Of a DNA stretch of 64,000 nt, positions 62,194 to 64,000 are shown in pieces; positions within the stretch are counted from its first letter, which is position 1; each line of letters opens with the position of its first letter. This DNA is from Candidatus Latescibacterota bacterium. GTDB taxonomy: Bacteria > Krumholzibacteriota > Krumholzibacteriia > WVZY01. The stretch covers positions 32,001-96,000 of the forward strand of contig CAWBQK010000002.1 of assembly GCA_963791045.1 (NCBI GenBank), given 5' to 3'. Position numbers and translations under genes: made by a program. Under the pieces are notes generated by a model. That model was given only the letters and a program-made list of their open reading frames with translations, was not told the origin of the DNA and did not search any database.

Positions 62194-63731
62194 TTGAAAA
62201 CGTTTTATGTGACAACTGCAATCGACTACGTGAATGCGCGGCCGCATCTCGGCACCGCCTACGAAAAAATTGGTGCGGACTGTTTGGCACGGTACAAACG
62301 GCTCGCCGGTTTCGACACGTATTTTCTCATGGGTACCGATGAGCACAGCACCAATGTGGAAAAAGAAGCGCGGCGTCTTGGTAAAGACACCGGAAGACTA
62401 CTCGGCGGAAATGGCGGCGGAGTTCGAAAAGGTCTGGGAGAGTCTTCACATCTCTTACGATCAATTCATCCGGACCGATCTGCCCATTCATAAGCGCTCG
62501 GTATCGCGGCTATTTCAGATCATTCATGATAACGGATACATCTTTCAAGGGACGTACGAGGGCTACTACTGCGCGTCGTGCGAGGAGTTCGTTCAGGAGA
62601 AAGATCTTGCCGAGGGCGGGCTTTGCCCCCGTCATCAAGAAAAGGCGCAGTGGCTCGAAGAGAAAAACTACTTTTTCGCACTCTCCAAGTTTAGCGACGC
62701 ATTAAAGAAACATATCGAAGATCACCCCGAATTTATTCAACCGGAGATCCGAAAGAACGAGATACTCAACGTCATCGAACAGGGGCTCGAGGACGTGAGT
62801 GTGTCGCGCGTGGGCAAGACGTGGGGTGTGCCGCTTCCGATTGCCGAAGGGCACGTGGTCTACGTCTGGTTCGACGCGTTGATCAATTATATCTCCGCGC
62901 TGGGTTATGGAGATGACGATACCGCAAGTTTGACAAATACTGGCCGGCGGACTGCCATGTCATCGGCAAAGATATCACACGATTTCATTGTCTCATCTGG
63001 CCCGCCATGCTCATGGCGGCGAACGTGCCCATCCCGAAGAGCGTGTTTGCGCATGGCTTTGTCTATTCCAAGGGAACCAAGATGAGCAAGACGATCGGGA
63101 ACATCCTCGATCCCGTCGAGGTGGCGGAGTTTTTTGGTGGAGCCGACCCGCTTCGTTATCTTCTGCTCCGTGAGATTGCGTTCGATCGTGACGGCGACTT
63201 CACGATCGAGCAGGCAGTGACGAGATATAACGCCGAGCTGGCCAACGAACTGGGCAATCTGTTTTCGCGTACGTTGTCGATGGTCAACCGTTACCGTGAC
63301 GGCGCCGTTCCCGAATGGAGCGACGCGGCAAGCACGGATTACGAACGGCTTGCGGGCAACGTTGTCGACGAGTACTGCTCGCACATGGACGCGCTCGAAT
63401 TTGACGAGGCGCTCAATGCGTTTTGGAAAACGGTTCAGGCGGCGAACCGTTATGTCGAACAACAGAAACCGTGGCAGTTGGCGAAGACCGAAGACCCGAT
63501 AGGCGCTGGACACCACTTTGCGGGTGCTCCTCGAGGTCTTCAGGCTGAGCTCGGTGCTGTGCATTCCGTTTATGCCCGGAGAGATCGTCTGGAATGCGCG
63601 AGCAGCTCGGGCTCGAAGCCGATATTGCGAAGCTCACGCTTGACGAAGCCCGCAACCCGGGCGATTCCGGCTGGAAGACCGCCGGCGCCCCGTCGCCGCT
63701 TTTCCCGAAGATCGAAGCCGAGACCGAATAA
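62194..63731 (+). CDS. metG: Methionine-tRNA ligase, short form (multiple frameshifts)
   Basis: FYVTTAIDYVNARPHLG, GTDEH, YVWFDALINY, KMSKT. Confidence 0.93.
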
Positions 63732-63734
63732 CTA

Positions 63735-64000
63735 ATGATCGATTCGCATGTGCATCTCAATCTCCCCAATTATCGGGGCGACCTCGAAGAGGTTCTGGCA
63801 AACGCCAGGGAAGCGGGCGTGACCCGCATGGTCAATATCGGCTTCGACCTTGGGTCGTCGCGCGAGACCGTGGCGCTCACCGAACGCTATCCCTTCATCC
63901 TCGGCGCCGTCGGGGTGCATCCCCACGATGCCAGGTCTTATAATGAGGGGGTCGAGAAAGAGCTCGCCGGCATGCTCTCCCGGCCCTCGATCATTGCCGT
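63735..64000 (+). CDS. tatD: TatD family hydrolase (partial)
   Basis: Manual translation: MIDSHVHLN...GAVGVHPHDA. Confidence 0.9.
   Translation, partial: MIDSHVHLNLPNYRGDLEEVLANAREAGVTRMVNIGFDLGSSRETVALTERYPFILGAVGVHPHDARSYNEGVEKELAGMLSRPSIIA

Noticed and set aside
1-64000. Alternative genetic code (TGA reassigned)
   Set aside because: Many genes end correctly at TGA (e.g. jag, rsmG, parA, ftsE); readthrough is limited to Cys-equivalent sites

Overview
GC-rich bacterial chromosome segment spanning the replication origin. The gene set (three SurA/PpiC genes after mfd, MoxR-DUF58-BatA) suggests an FCB-group-like lineage, which is an inference. The core block is recF-dnaN-dnaA (minus strand), then oriC elements, rpmH-rnpA-yidD-yidC-jag-mnmE-mnmG-rsmG, a perfect parS, parA-parB-M23-bactofilin, moxR/DUF58/batA, mfd, three PPIases, pdxA, ftsE-ftsX-envC, holB, metG and tatD. 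The left ~27 kb is accessory: alkaline phosphatase, exported Ni-SOD, MFS, dodecin, a Fic/HTH ('mobile mystery B/A') pair, CocE-like hydrolase, SLC13 permease, S9 peptidase, MscL, a membrane-anchored reductive-dehalogenase-like protein, a two-permease RND system and an ABC transporter. About 11 genes right of 16.8 kb, several essential, carry frameshifts that are most likely long-read assembly indels. Most notable items the ORF track misses or splits: (1) two selenoprotein genes, a UPYC thioredoxin-fold protein and a 74-aa glutaredoxin-like protein with two in-frame UGA codons, whose three SECIS-like hairpins share a 5-nt N-G-U loop; (2) a Fic toxin plus HTH antitoxin with an SxxxEN inhibitory motif and three 18-bp operators phased exactly 33 bp apart; (3) a modular palindromic repeat family with four copies; (4) a DnaA-trio unwinding element and a distal DnaA-box cluster.
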